A stretch of DNA of 64,000 nt, taken from NCBI GenBank assembly GCA_049695995.1, contig JBAVTF010000085.1, positions 2,205 to 66,204 of the forward strand. The letters are read 5' to 3'. This DNA is from Pirellulales bacterium. GTDB taxonomy: Bacteria > Planctomycetota > Planctomycetia > Pirellulales > UBA1268. Made by a program: the position numbers and the translations under genes. Below, in pieces: positions 28,644-37,490 of the stretch (position 1 is its first letter; the number at the start of each line of letters is the position of its first letter). Under the pieces are notes generated by a model. It did no database searches. It was not told where the DNA came from and saw nothing but the letters and a program-made list of their open reading frames with translations.

Positions 28644-30389
28644 TCAACGACCCGGAATCGTAGGCCGGGCGTCGGCCACGGCCACGGGCAGCGTGCCCGA
28701 CACGGCATCACCGGCCCGCGAGGCGGCCATGAATAGCCGTCGCGGCTGCACCGTCACCGCGGCCACGAGCACGAGGCAGGCGAGCATGGCCAGGCCGGCC
28801 GCGATGCCGCCGTCGGCCTGCACGCCCCGCTTCGTCGTCTTGAAGTACATCGCCGAGATGATCCGCAGGTAGTAGGCGGCAGCGATCGCGGCATTGAGCA
28901 CGAGCACGACGGCCAGGCCCACGAACCAGCCGCGGCGGCTGTCGAGCGAGATGGCGGCGTTCCAGTCCACCTGCAGGGCCGAGGCGGCCAGCGAGAGCTT
29001 GCCCCAGAAGCCTGGTAGCGGCGGGATGCCGGCGAGCGAGAGCAGGAAGGCGGCGATCGCAAAGGCGGCCACCGGATTGGTGGAGGCGAGGCCGTCGAGA
29101 TCATCGACCGTCGCGATTTCCTCGCGCGGAGGCCGCGGGCCGCTGCCGGCGGTCCACTCGGGCCAGCGGTGGCCGAGGTAGGCAACCGCCCCGAAGATCC
29201 CGATCGTGGCGAGCGCGTAGGTGGCCAGATAGAAGAGGGACGACGTCATGCCGCCGAGCACCATCGTCCAGCCGGTGTCGAGCGCCGCGGTGTCGCCCAG
29301 CGGCTGGCCGGCCTGCGTCGCTCCGGCAGCCGCGGCGACGGCCACACCCACGAGCAGGTAGCCGGCGTGGGCGATCGACGAGCAGCCGAGCAGGCGGCGG
29401 AGGTTCCGCTGCCAGAGGGCCATGACGTTGCCGACCGTCATCGTGACCGCGGCCAGCACGACGGCCAGCTTCCAGAGCAGATCAAGGCTGGCCTGCGCCG
29501 CAGGCCCAACCTGGGCCGCGGCGGTGGCATCGGGGGCGATCGCCAGGCCGAGCAGCCGGGCCAGCACGACGACGCCCGCCACCTTCGGTAGCGTGGAGAG
29601 CAGGGCGGCGTTGCCGGGGCTCGTCCCCTCGTAGACGTCGGGGGCGTAGAAGTGCATCGGTACGGCGGCGAGTCGGAACGCGGCGCCGACCATCGCCATG
29701 CCGAGCGCGGCCGGCAGTAGGATCGTGGCCATGCCCGAGATGGTGGCGTCGGTGGACTGGAGCCGCGCCGCGATCGCCTGCAGATCGGTGGAGCCACCGA
29801 TCCCGTACAGACAGACGGCCGCGTAGAGGAAGAGAGACGACGACACGAGTGAGAGGAAGAAATACTTCAGGCTTGCCTCCTGGCCGTGGGCGTCGATCCG
29901 CTTGAGTGCCAGGAGGATGTAGGTGGGGATCGACACGAGCTCGAGGCCCACGAAGAGGAGTACGAGGTCGCCTGCCACGCCCACGAGCGAAAGGCCGGCG
30001 AGCAGGAGCAGGAACGTCCCCGCCTCCTCGCAGGTGCCGCCGCGGCGGACGCCCGGGCCGCGGCTTACGGCCGTCGCAAAGAGATCGCCCGACTGCACGA
30101 GCGCGAGTAGTGCCCCGAGGCCGAGCACGAGCCACCGAATGAACGTCGAGAACCCGTCCACTCGCACGCCCCCGGAGGTGATCGTGGCGGTGTCGGCCGG
30201 CTGGCCACCGGCCAAGGCCCAGGCGGCGGCAATCCCGAGCAGCGCGACGACCCAGCCGCTACGGAGGCCGAAGAAGGCCCCGCCCAGAAAGGCGACGAGG
30301 GCCGCGACGACGAGTGCGATCTCCGGCGCGATAAGCGAGAACGATTCGAGTGACGTCGGCAGCGACGTGACGGCGGCGAGTGTGGTCAT
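28644..30389 (-). CDS. nuoN: NADH-quinone oxidoreductase subunit N
   Basis: This is an antiporter-like polytopic protein. The ATG at 30389 forms an ATGA overlap with the nuoM stop. It is the last gene of the nuo operon. Confidence 0.85.
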   Translation of the reverse strand: MTTLAAVTSLPTSLESFSLIAPEIALVVAALVAFLGGAFFGLRSGWVVALLGIAAAWALAGGQPADTATITSGGVRVDGFSTFIRWLVLGLGALLALVQSGDLFATAVSRGPGVRRGGTCEEAGTFLLLLAGLSLVGVAGDLVLLFVGLELVSIPTYILLALKRIDAHGQEASLKYFFLSLVSSSLFLYAAVCLYGIGGSTDLQAIAARLQSTDATISGMATILLPAALGMAMVGAAFRLAAVPMHFYAPDVYEGTSPGNAALLSTLPKVAGVVVLARLLGLAIAPDATAAAQVGPAAQASLDLLWKLAVVLAAVTMTVGNVMALWQRNLRRLLGCSSIAHAGYLLVGVAVAAAAGATQAGQPLGDTAALDTGWTMVLGGMTSSLFYLATYALATIGIFGAVAYLGHRWPEWTAGSGPRPPREEIATVDDLDGLASTNPVAAFAIAAFLLSLAGIPPLPGFWGKLSLAASALQVDWNAAISLDSRRGWFVGLAVVLVLNAAIAAAYYLRIISAMYFKTTKRGVQADGGIAAGLAMLACLVLVAAVTVQPRRLFMAASRAGDAVSGTLPVAVADARPTIPGR

Positions 30390-32137
30390 GGCAGCTGGGC
30401 GGTCCGGGCAATGGGCTGGGCGGTGGGCGTGGCGTCGCGCATCCGGGCGGCGAAGGCATCGGCCGAGGCCTGCGTAGCCGCACGAATGGCGGGGGCCGCG
30501 GGGCGGAGGAACGTGGCCGGCGTGAGGCCGATCCAAAGCACGAAGACGGCGAGCGGTGCGAGAGCGACGAATTCGTGCCACTTCAGGTCGCAGCGGTCGG
30601 CCGGAGCGTGGCTGCCGTGGCCATGACCGTGACCACCATGGCCATGCGTTGCATGACCGTGGTCGGCATGTCCGTGATCATCGTGGCCACCATGAGCGCC
30701 GTGACTGCCGCGGGGGGGTTCGCGGGAGGCCCCGAAGAACACCCGTTCCACGGCCCACAGCATGTACCAGGCACCGAGCACGACGCCGACGACGGCTGTG
30801 ACGGCCATCAGCAGATAGGCGAACGAGAACCCCGGGGCGACGCCCGACCAGGCCCGCTGGAACGAGCCGGCGAGGATCATGAACTCGCCCACGAACCCGT
30901 TGAGTCCGGGCAGACCGATGCTCGAGAACGTGAACAGCATGAAGAACACGGTCAGCCACGGGGCCCGGCTGGCGATGCCGCCGAGGCTGGCGATGTTGCG
31001 AGTGTGGAACCGCTCGTAGATCATGCCCACGAGTGCGAACAGTCCCGCCGACGACAGGCCGTGGTTGATGAGCTGGAGGTTCGCGCCTTCCGTGGCCACC
31101 GGCGTCAGCGCGAAGAGCCCCATCACGATGTAGCCCATGTGGCTCACCGACGAGTAGGCGATGAGCCGCTTGAGGTCGGTCTGCACGAGGGCCACGAGAG
31201 CCCCATAGATGATGCCCACCACGCCGAGCCCGAAGAGCCAGGGGGCCGCCAGGGCGGAGGCCTCGGGGAGCATCGGCAGGGAGAACCTGAGGAAGCCGTA
31301 GATGCCGATCTTGAGCAGCACGCCGGCGAGGTCCACCGAGCCGCCCGTCGGCGCCTCCACGTGGGCCAGCGGCAGCCAGGTGTGGAGGGGCACGATCGGC
31401 ACCTTGACCGCGAAGCCTGCCAGGAGCGCGAGGAACACGATCAGCTGCAGCCAGCCCCCCGTCGCATCCATCGGCATCGGATGCGCCTTCATGGACGCGG
31501 TGAGGGCCGCGATGTCGAACGTGACGGTGCCGGTGTGGGAGGCGTTCCAGAGGATGATCGCAAGGAGCCCGAGAAACGTGAGCACGCTCCCGGCCAGCGT
31601 GTAGATGAAAAACTTCACGGCCGCCTTCCGCCGCTCGTCGTGCCCCCAGATGCCGATCAGGAAGAAGAGCGGCACGAGCGTGAACTCGAAGAACACGTAG
31701 AAGAGGATCACGTCGCGGGCCGCGAACACGCCCAGCATCGCCGCCTCGAGCACGAGGAGCAGCACGTAGAAGCCGGCCGGGCGATCGCGGATCGCATCCC
31801 AACTGACGAACACGGCCGTGAGCGAGAGCAGGGCTGAGAGCGCGAACATCCAGATCGAGAGGCCGTCGAGGCCGAGCGACAGCTTCACGTCGAAGATCCC
31901 GCCGACGAGCCACGGAAACTCGACGAGGCCGTAGGGTTCTCCCGCCATGGCGGCCGGATCGCCCAGAAACCGGACGACGAGCCAGCCCGCCAGCACGAGC
32001 GTGACGATCGCCGTGTTGGCCGCGCTCTGCCGCACGGCGGCCAGGCCCCACGACCGGAACAGCCAGGCCACGATCGCGCCGATGAGCGGCGCGGCGATGA
32101 CGAGCAGCAGGTGGGTCGAAGGGCTCAGAGCGTTCAT
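30386..32137 (-). CDS. nuoM: NADH-quinone oxidoreductase subunit M (with a His-rich insertion)
   Basis: This is an antiporter-like subunit with the conserved HVEAPT block (LAHVEAPTGGSV). A 36-aa His/Gly insertion lies near the C-terminus. Confidence 0.88.
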   Translation of the reverse strand: MNALSPSTHLLLVIAAPLIGAIVAWLFRSWGLAAVRQSAANTAIVTLVLAGWLVVRFLGDPAAMAGEPYGLVEFPWLVGGIFDVKLSLGLDGLSIWMFALSALLSLTAVFVSWDAIRDRPAGFYVLLLVLEAAMLGVFAARDVILFYVFFEFTLVPLFFLIGIWGHDERRKAAVKFFIYTLAGSVLTFLGLLAIILWNASHTGTVTFDIAALTASMKAHPMPMDATGGWLQLIVFLALLAGFAVKVPIVPLHTWLPLAHVEAPTGGSVDLAGVLLKIGIYGFLRFSLPMLPEASALAAPWLFGLGVVGIIYGALVALVQTDLKRLIAYSSVSHMGYIVMGLFALTPVATEGANLQLINHGLSSAGLFALVGMIYERFHTRNIASLGGIASRAPWLTVFFMLFTFSSIGLPGLNGFVGEFMILAGSFQRAWSGVAPGFSFAYLLMAVTAVVGVVLGAWYMLWAVERVFFGASREPPRGSHGAHGGHDDHGHADHGHATHGHGGHGHGHGSHAPADRCDLKWHEFVALAPLAVFVLWIGLTPATFLRPAAPAIRAATQASADAFAARMRDATPTAQPIARTAQLP

Positions 32138-32177
32138 GCGACGGATGGTGTTCGGGGAGGAATGCCGGGCGTGTGGC

Positions 32178-34424
32178 TCACCGCAGCCGCGCGGCGAGGG
32201 CGAGCATGATCAGGAGCGTGCCCAGCACACCCACGAGGGCGTACCGCTGGACGAGGCCCGACTGGAGGTGTCGCACCCAGGCGCCCAGGGCGAGCGGGAT
32301 GCGGGCGATGCCGTCCACAAGGCCGTCGATCACGAAGCGGTCGAACGCAGCGGCGACCAGCGACACGCCTTCCAGCGGCTTTACGATCAGGCCCTTGTAG
32401 AGTTGGTCGATGAAGAACCGGTTGGCGAACAGCGTGCCGATGGGGCCGAGGAGCCGCTCGATCTGCGGCCCGTCGCTGCGGCGGCCGAGGTGGCCGACCG
32501 CGGCGATCGCGATGCCCAGTGCCGCGGCCAGCGTGCCCTGCAGGGCGAGGTCGAAGTGGAAGGCGGGGGGCGTGGCGGTGGCCGTGACCGCCGGCGCCGT
32601 AAGTGACGGTGTGGCGGCCAGGAACGTGGAGAGGGCATGGCTGCTGAAGAGCCACCAGCCACTGATCGCGGAGGCGACCGCGAGGATCACGAGAGGGACC
32701 GTCATCACCGGCGGTGATTCGTGTGCGTGGTGGCCAGCCTCGTCGGGCACGCGGAGCGGGCCGGTGAACGTCATGAACACGGCGCGGAACGTATAGAAGG
32801 CGGTGAGGCCGGCCGTGATGAGCGACATCCAGAAGAGCGTCTGCCAGGTGCGGGGCTGATCGAGGAGGGGGGCGTCGGCGGCGGCCGCGGTCTTCATCGA
32901 GGCGAAGTGCATCGTGGAGGCGGGGGCCGCGTCGTGGCCGCTGCCCGCTGAGGGAAGGCGCACAGCAGCATGGCCGCTGGCGGGAGCGGCGTCGTGATGC
33001 TCGCCGTGGGCGTCCGGCCAGCCCTTCGAGTGGAGGGCAGCGAGGATCTCGTCCTTGCTGAAGAAGCCGGCGAAGGGGGCCACGCCGGCGAGAGCCAGCG
33101 ATCCGATCAGAAACGTGGCCGCCGTGATCGGCATCAGCCGCCGCAGGCCGCCGAATCGCCGCATGTCGATCACGCCCCCCATCGAGTGCATCACGGAGCC
33201 CGCACCAAGGAAGAGCAGGGCCTTGAAGAAGGCATGGGTCACGAGGTGGAAGATCGCGGCCGTGAACCCGAGCATCGTGCCCGTGCCGAGGCTCGCGAAC
33301 ATGTAGCCGAGCTGGCTGATCGTCGAATAGGCGAGCACCCGCTTGAGGTCGTTTTGCACCGTGCCGATCAAGGCGGCGACGAGGGCCGTCGTGGCACCCA
33401 CGATCGACACCATCGTGAGGGCGTCGGGACAGACCACGAATAGCGGCGCGCAGCGGGTCACGAGGTAGATGCCGGCCGTGACCATCGTGGCGGCGTGGAT
33501 CAGGGCGCTGGCGGGCGTGGGGCCTTCCATCGCGTCAGGCAGCCAGACGTGGAGCGGCAGCTGGGCACTCTTGCCGCAGGCGGCGAGCAGGAGCAAGAGA
33601 CAGATCGCGGTGCCCACGGCGCCGCCGACGTAGCCAGCCGCGTCGGCGATCCGGCTCTGGCCGAGAATGCCCGGCAGGATCGTGCCGTCGGCGGAGAGCG
33701 TGTCGTGGAAGTTGAGCGTGCCGTAGGTCATCCAGAGGAGGAACGTGGCGACGGCCAGGCCGAAGTCGCCCACGCGGTTGACGAGAAACGCCTTCTTCGC
33801 GGCCCGCGCCGCCTCGGGCTTCGTGAACCAAAAGCCGATCAGCAGATAGCTGCACGCCCCCACCGCCTCCCAGAACACGTAGACGAGCAGGAAGTTGCTC
33901 GCCGCCACGAGCATCGACATCGAGAACACGAACATCGCGAGCAGGGCGAAGAACCGCGGATAGCCCTGGTCGCCGTGCATGTAGCCGATCGAATAGATAG
34001 CCACGAGCAGGCCGACGCAGGTGATGATGGCCAGGAGCGTGGACGTGAGCGGGTCGAGCCGGAGGGCGACCGGGATCGAAAAGCTGCGTAGATCAGTCGC
34101 GCCATCGGCCCGGGCTGTGTCGGCAGCGGCGGGGCTGCCCGCGGGGGGCGAGTAGGCGGCATCGACGCCGGCCCATTCCCAGAGCGTGGTGATCATCTCG
34201 ACCGGCCGGGCGGTCGGCGCGTGGGCGGCATCGCCGATGCCGACCTCCCGGCCGAGCCCGAGCAGGAGCGACACGGCGACGACGGCCGCGGCGGCGATGC
34301 CGGCGATCGCCGGTAGGTGAGCGCGGGAGCCGAGCCGCCGGCCGAGGGCGACCGTAAGGATCGCGCCCACGAGCGGCAGGAGCGGTACGAGAACGAGGAG
34401 CGTGGCGGGCGACATGGCTTGCAT
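32178..34424 (-). CDS. nuoL: NADH-quinone oxidoreductase subunit L
   Basis: This is an antiporter-like subunit with WLPDAMEGPTPASALIHAATMVTAG and a long C-terminal lateral-helix region. The ATG at 34424 (or 34415) is preferred over the track start. Confidence 0.88.
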   Translation of the reverse strand: MQAMSPATLLVLVPLLPLVGAILTVALGRRLGSRAHLPAIAGIAAAAVVAVSLLLGLGREVGIGDAAHAPTARPVEMITTLWEWAGVDAAYSPPAGSPAAADTARADGATDLRSFSIPVALRLDPLTSTLLAIITCVGLLVAIYSIGYMHGDQGYPRFFALLAMFVFSMSMLVAASNFLLVYVFWEAVGACSYLLIGFWFTKPEAARAAKKAFLVNRVGDFGLAVATFLLWMTYGTLNFHDTLSADGTILPGILGQSRIADAAGYVGGAVGTAICLLLLLAACGKSAQLPLHVWLPDAMEGPTPASALIHAATMVTAGIYLVTRCAPLFVVCPDALTMVSIVGATTALVAALIGTVQNDLKRVLAYSTISQLGYMFASLGTGTMLGFTAAIFHLVTHAFFKALLFLGAGSVMHSMGGVIDMRRFGGLRRLMPITAATFLIGSLALAGVAPFAGFFSKDEILAALHSKGWPDAHGEHHDAAPASGHAAVRLPSAGSGHDAAPASTMHFASMKTAAAADAPLLDQPRTWQTLFWMSLITAGLTAFYTFRAVFMTFTGPLRVPDEAGHHAHESPPVMTVPLVILAVASAISGWWLFSSHALSTFLAATPSLTAPAVTATATPPAFHFDLALQGTLAAALGIAIAAVGHLGRRSDGPQIERLLGPIGTLFANRFFIDQLYKGLIVKPLEGVSLVAAAFDRFVIDGLVDGIARIPLALGAWVRHLQSGLVQRYALVGVLGTLLIMLALAARLR

Positions 34425-34446
34425 GGTGATCGGTGGAGCGGTGCGG

Positions 34447-34890
34447 TCAGACGTGCTCGCGCTGGAGCAGATCGTTCTCGTCGGCGGCAGGCAGCACACC
34501 GGCGGGCGTGAGCCGCGGGAACGTGGGGGGCACGGTGTCGACGGCCGGCAGTTCGTGATCGACCCGCCGCGGCAGATTGGATTCGCGGAGCGACTGCCAG
34601 GCTGCGGAGTCGAGCCGGCCCGTGCGGGCAAAGGCCTGGAGCACGAACACGAGGGCCACGGCCGCCTCGCAGGCCGCCACGGTGAGCACGAAGATCACGA
34701 GCACCTGCCCGCCGAAGTCGCCGTGATAGCGGCTCCAGGCCACGAGGCTCACGGAGATCCCCTGCAGCATCAACTCGGCTGAGAGGAACATCACGATCAG
34801 ATTCCGCCGCGTGAGGATGCCCACGAGTCCGAGGGAGAACAGGATCGCGCCGACGACGAGCGCGTTTTGCAGGAGTGCCAGCTGGTTCAT
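34447..34890 (-). CDS. nuoK: NADH-quinone oxidoreductase subunit K (with a ~47-aa C-terminal extension)
   Basis: The three-TM NuoK core is MNQLALLQNALVVGAILFSLGLVGILTRRNLIVMFLSAELMLQG...EAAVALV. It forms an ATGA overlap with the nuoJ stop. Confidence 0.85.
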   Translation of the reverse strand: MNQLALLQNALVVGAILFSLGLVGILTRRNLIVMFLSAELMLQGISVSLVAWSRYHGDFGGQVLVIFVLTVAACEAAVALVFVLQAFARTGRLDSAAWQSLRESNLPRRVDHELPAVDTVPPTFPRLTPAGVLPAADENDLLQREHV

Positions 34891-35705
34891 GATGCGGCCC
34901 TCCGGGCCGAAGCCAGTTCGCCGGACGGGTCGCCATGGCGGCTCACCACGGCGATCGAGCCGACGAGGGCCACGAGCAGGAGCACGCCGGCAGCCTCCAC
35001 CGCGAGCAGGTGCCGGCCGAAGAGCTCGCCGCCGAGCCGGGCGACCTGATCAGCCGCGAGGGGATCGGTCGCAATCGCCGCATCGATCGCATCACCTGTG
35101 TTCACATCGTCACCGCTCTTTCCGGCCGTGCCCGCGGCCATCGCGGCGGCCTTCGACGGCATCTGACAGCACGACGGATCGGCCGACAGCCGGCCGATCG
35201 AGAGCGTGAGCAGTCCGAGCAACGTGGCACCGGCGATCGCCGAGAGCAGGGGCTCGTTGGAGACGCGGTCATACGGGGCGAGGCCGGCCGGCTGGGCGAG
35301 CATGAGCACGAACAGGAACATCACGAGGATCGCCCCGGCGTAGACCACGATCGTGGCCACCCCGAGAAACTGCGCACCGAGCACGAGCAGCACGCCCGAC
35401 ACGCCGGCGAGTGCCAGCGCAAACCAGATGGCCGAGTAGACCGGCGACCGCGACACGATCGTGGCCGCGGCCGAGATTACGGCCACCAGCGACACGATCA
35501 GGAACACGGCCTCCTCGCCGAGCCCTCCCAGGCGGCGGCCGGTGAGCACGAAGCCAGCGAGTGCGGCGGCACCGAGCAGGCTGCCGAGCCAGCGGACGGG
35601 GCGGCTGTCGCGGCCGCGCGGCAGGAGCAGCCAGAGGCTCACGGCGGCGGCGGTGACGGCGCCGGCGAGCATGACGCCCGGCGAAGGAAGCGAGACGGCG
35701 ATCAC
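34887..35705 (-). CDS. nuoJ: NADH-quinone oxidoreductase subunit J
   Basis: This hydrophobic subunit sits in the conserved operon position. The GTG start overlaps the nuoI stop (GTGA). At 272 aa it is longer than typical. Confidence 0.8.
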   Translation of the reverse strand: MIAVSLPSPGVMLAGAVTAAAVSLWLLLPRGRDSRPVRWLGSLLGAAALAGFVLTGRRLGGLGEEAVFLIVSLVAVISAAATIVSRSPVYSAIWFALALAGVSGVLLVLGAQFLGVATIVVYAGAILVMFLFVLMLAQPAGLAPYDRVSNEPLLSAIAGATLLGLLTLSIGRLSADPSCCQMPSKAAAMAAGTAGKSGDDVNTGDAIDAAIATDPLAADQVARLGGELFGRHLLAVEAAGVLLLVALVGSIAVVSRHGDPSGELASARRAAS

Positions 35706-36235
35706 AGCGTGCCTCCGAGGGCGGCCGACTTCATCGGCTCCGCATCCTTCGTCATGTCGTACACGCTCAAGAGCTTCTCCTTATCGAAGATCATCTCCTC
35801 GCGGCTCTTACCCGTGAGGTCGAGCAGGCTCGTGAGCTCGATCGCATCGACCGGGCAGGCCTCTTCGCACATGCCGCAGAAGATGCAACGCAGTTCGTCG
35901 ATCTGGAAGCTCTCGGGATACTTTTCGCGGTCGGGCCAGGGGCTCTCGGTGGCCACGATGTCGATGCAGTGGGCGGGGCAGGCGGTGGCGCAGAGGAAGC
36001 AGGCCACGCACTTCACGCGGCCCTCCTCGTCGCGGTTGAGCCGATGCACGCCGCGGTAGATGAGCGGGTTGCCCACCGTGGGCCGCTGCTCGGGGAAGCT
36101 CACCGTGACCTTGGGGCTTACGAGGTGCCTGGCGGTCGTCGCCAGACCGCCCACGAAGAGCGGCAGATAGAGCCGTTCGGCGAGACCAAGCGGCTTCTCT
36201 TCGAGCCAGGTGATCGCGGGATCGGTGGGCTTCAT
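35702..36235 (-). CDS. nuoI: NADH-quinone oxidoreductase subunit I
   Basis: It carries two 4Fe-4S ferredoxin motifs, CVACFLCATACP and CIFCGMCEEACP. Confidence 0.9.
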   Translation of the reverse strand: MKPTDPAITWLEEKPLGLAERLYLPLFVGGLATTARHLVSPKVTVSFPEQRPTVGNPLIYRGVHRLNRDEEGRVKCVACFLCATACPAHCIDIVATESPWPDREKYPESFQIDELRCIFCGMCEEACPVDAIELTSLLDLTGKSREEMIFDKEKLLSVYDMTKDAEPMKSAALGGTL

Positions 36236-36236
36236 G

Positions 36237-37490
36237 TCAGACCTCCACCAGTTCGTGTTCGATGTCGAGCGGGCCGCGGGTACGGATCGGTGTGTTGTCG
36301 GTGCCCGATGGCGTGAGCATCCCGGCCGCGATCCAGCCCACGAAGAAGACCAGCCACGGGATGGCGATTGCGGCCGTCTTCGCGGCCCCCTCGCCGACCG
36401 CCGCCATCAGCTGCGGCCGGAACTCCTCGATGGCCGCCACCGTGATGAGATTCACGAGGCCCAGCGGCAGCATCACCTTCCAGGCGAGGTTCATGAGTTG
36501 GTCGAACCGGAACCGTGGCCAGCTCCAGCGGACGAGCATGAAGAACAGGATCACGCCGAGGATCTTGGCGGAGAGCACGCCGAACCGGAGCAGGGCCACG
36601 GTCCACGTCTCGACCGGGCCGGAGCCGGTGACGCCCCAGAGGTGCCAGCCACCCAGGAACATGATCACGATCAGGAAGGCCGCCGTGACCATGTGAAGGA
36701 ACTCGGCCACGAGGAAGAGCAAGAGCTTGATGCCCGAATACTCGGTGTGATAGCCGCCGACGAGCTCCTGCTCGGCCTCCGGGAGATCGAAGGGCAGCCG
36801 CGCCGCCTCGGCGAAGGCAGCCACGAGAAACACGATAAAGCCGAGCGGCTGGGCGAACGCATACCAGACGCCGGTCGATGCCTGGGCGTTCATGATCGTG
36901 TCGAGCTTGAGCGAGCCGGCCGCGAGCACGACGCCCAAGAGGCCGAGGCCGAGCGGGATCTCGTAGGCCACGAGCTGGGCGCTGCTCCGCAGGCCGCCGA
37001 GGAAGCCGTACTTGTTGTTGCTTGCCCAGCCGCCGAGGAGCACGCCGTAGACCGCGATACTGGACAGCGCGAACACCCAGAGCACGCCCACGTCGAGGCC
37101 TGGCGCCACGAGCAGCGGCTCCTCGCCGGTGAGGCCGAGGGCGGGGATCGGTGGCAGCGAGCTGCCGAAGGGGATCGCGGCGAAGATCGCCAGCGACGCG
37201 GCCAGGATCACGAGCGGCGCCGCCGTGTAGAGCACCTTGTCGACGTGCTTGGGCGTGAAGTCTTCCTTGAGGATGATCTTCAGACCGTCGGCGAGCGGCT
37301 GACCGAGGCCAAAAAGCCGCACCTTCGTGAGCGGAATGCCGACGCGGTTTGGGCCCTTGCGGTCCTGCACCCAGGCGGCCATCCACCGCTCAACGAGCAC
37401 GAGGTAGGCGGCCGCCGTCATCAGGCCACCGATGAGCAGGCCGATCTTCACGAGCGCGATGATCGTGGGGAGCGAAGGCAGAAGGTTCAT
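36237..37490 (-). CDS. nuoH: NADH-quinone oxidoreductase subunit H
   Basis: Polytopic; contains RKGPNRVG, AFAEAARLPFDLPEAEQELV and YHTEYSG blocks. Confidence 0.9.
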   Translation of the reverse strand: MNLLPSLPTIIALVKIGLLIGGLMTAAAYLVLVERWMAAWVQDRKGPNRVGIPLTKVRLFGLGQPLADGLKIILKEDFTPKHVDKVLYTAAPLVILAASLAIFAAIPFGSSLPPIPALGLTGEEPLLVAPGLDVGVLWVFALSSIAVYGVLLGGWASNNKYGFLGGLRSSAQLVAYEIPLGLGLLGVVLAAGSLKLDTIMNAQASTGVWYAFAQPLGFIVFLVAAFAEAARLPFDLPEAEQELVGGYHTEYSGIKLLLFLVAEFLHMVTAAFLIVIMFLGGWHLWGVTGSGPVETWTVALLRFGVLSAKILGVILFFMLVRWSWPRFRFDQLMNLAWKVMLPLGLVNLITVAAIEEFRPQLMAAVGEGAAKTAAIAIPWLVFFVGWIAAGMLTPSGTDNTPIRTRGPLDIEHELVEV

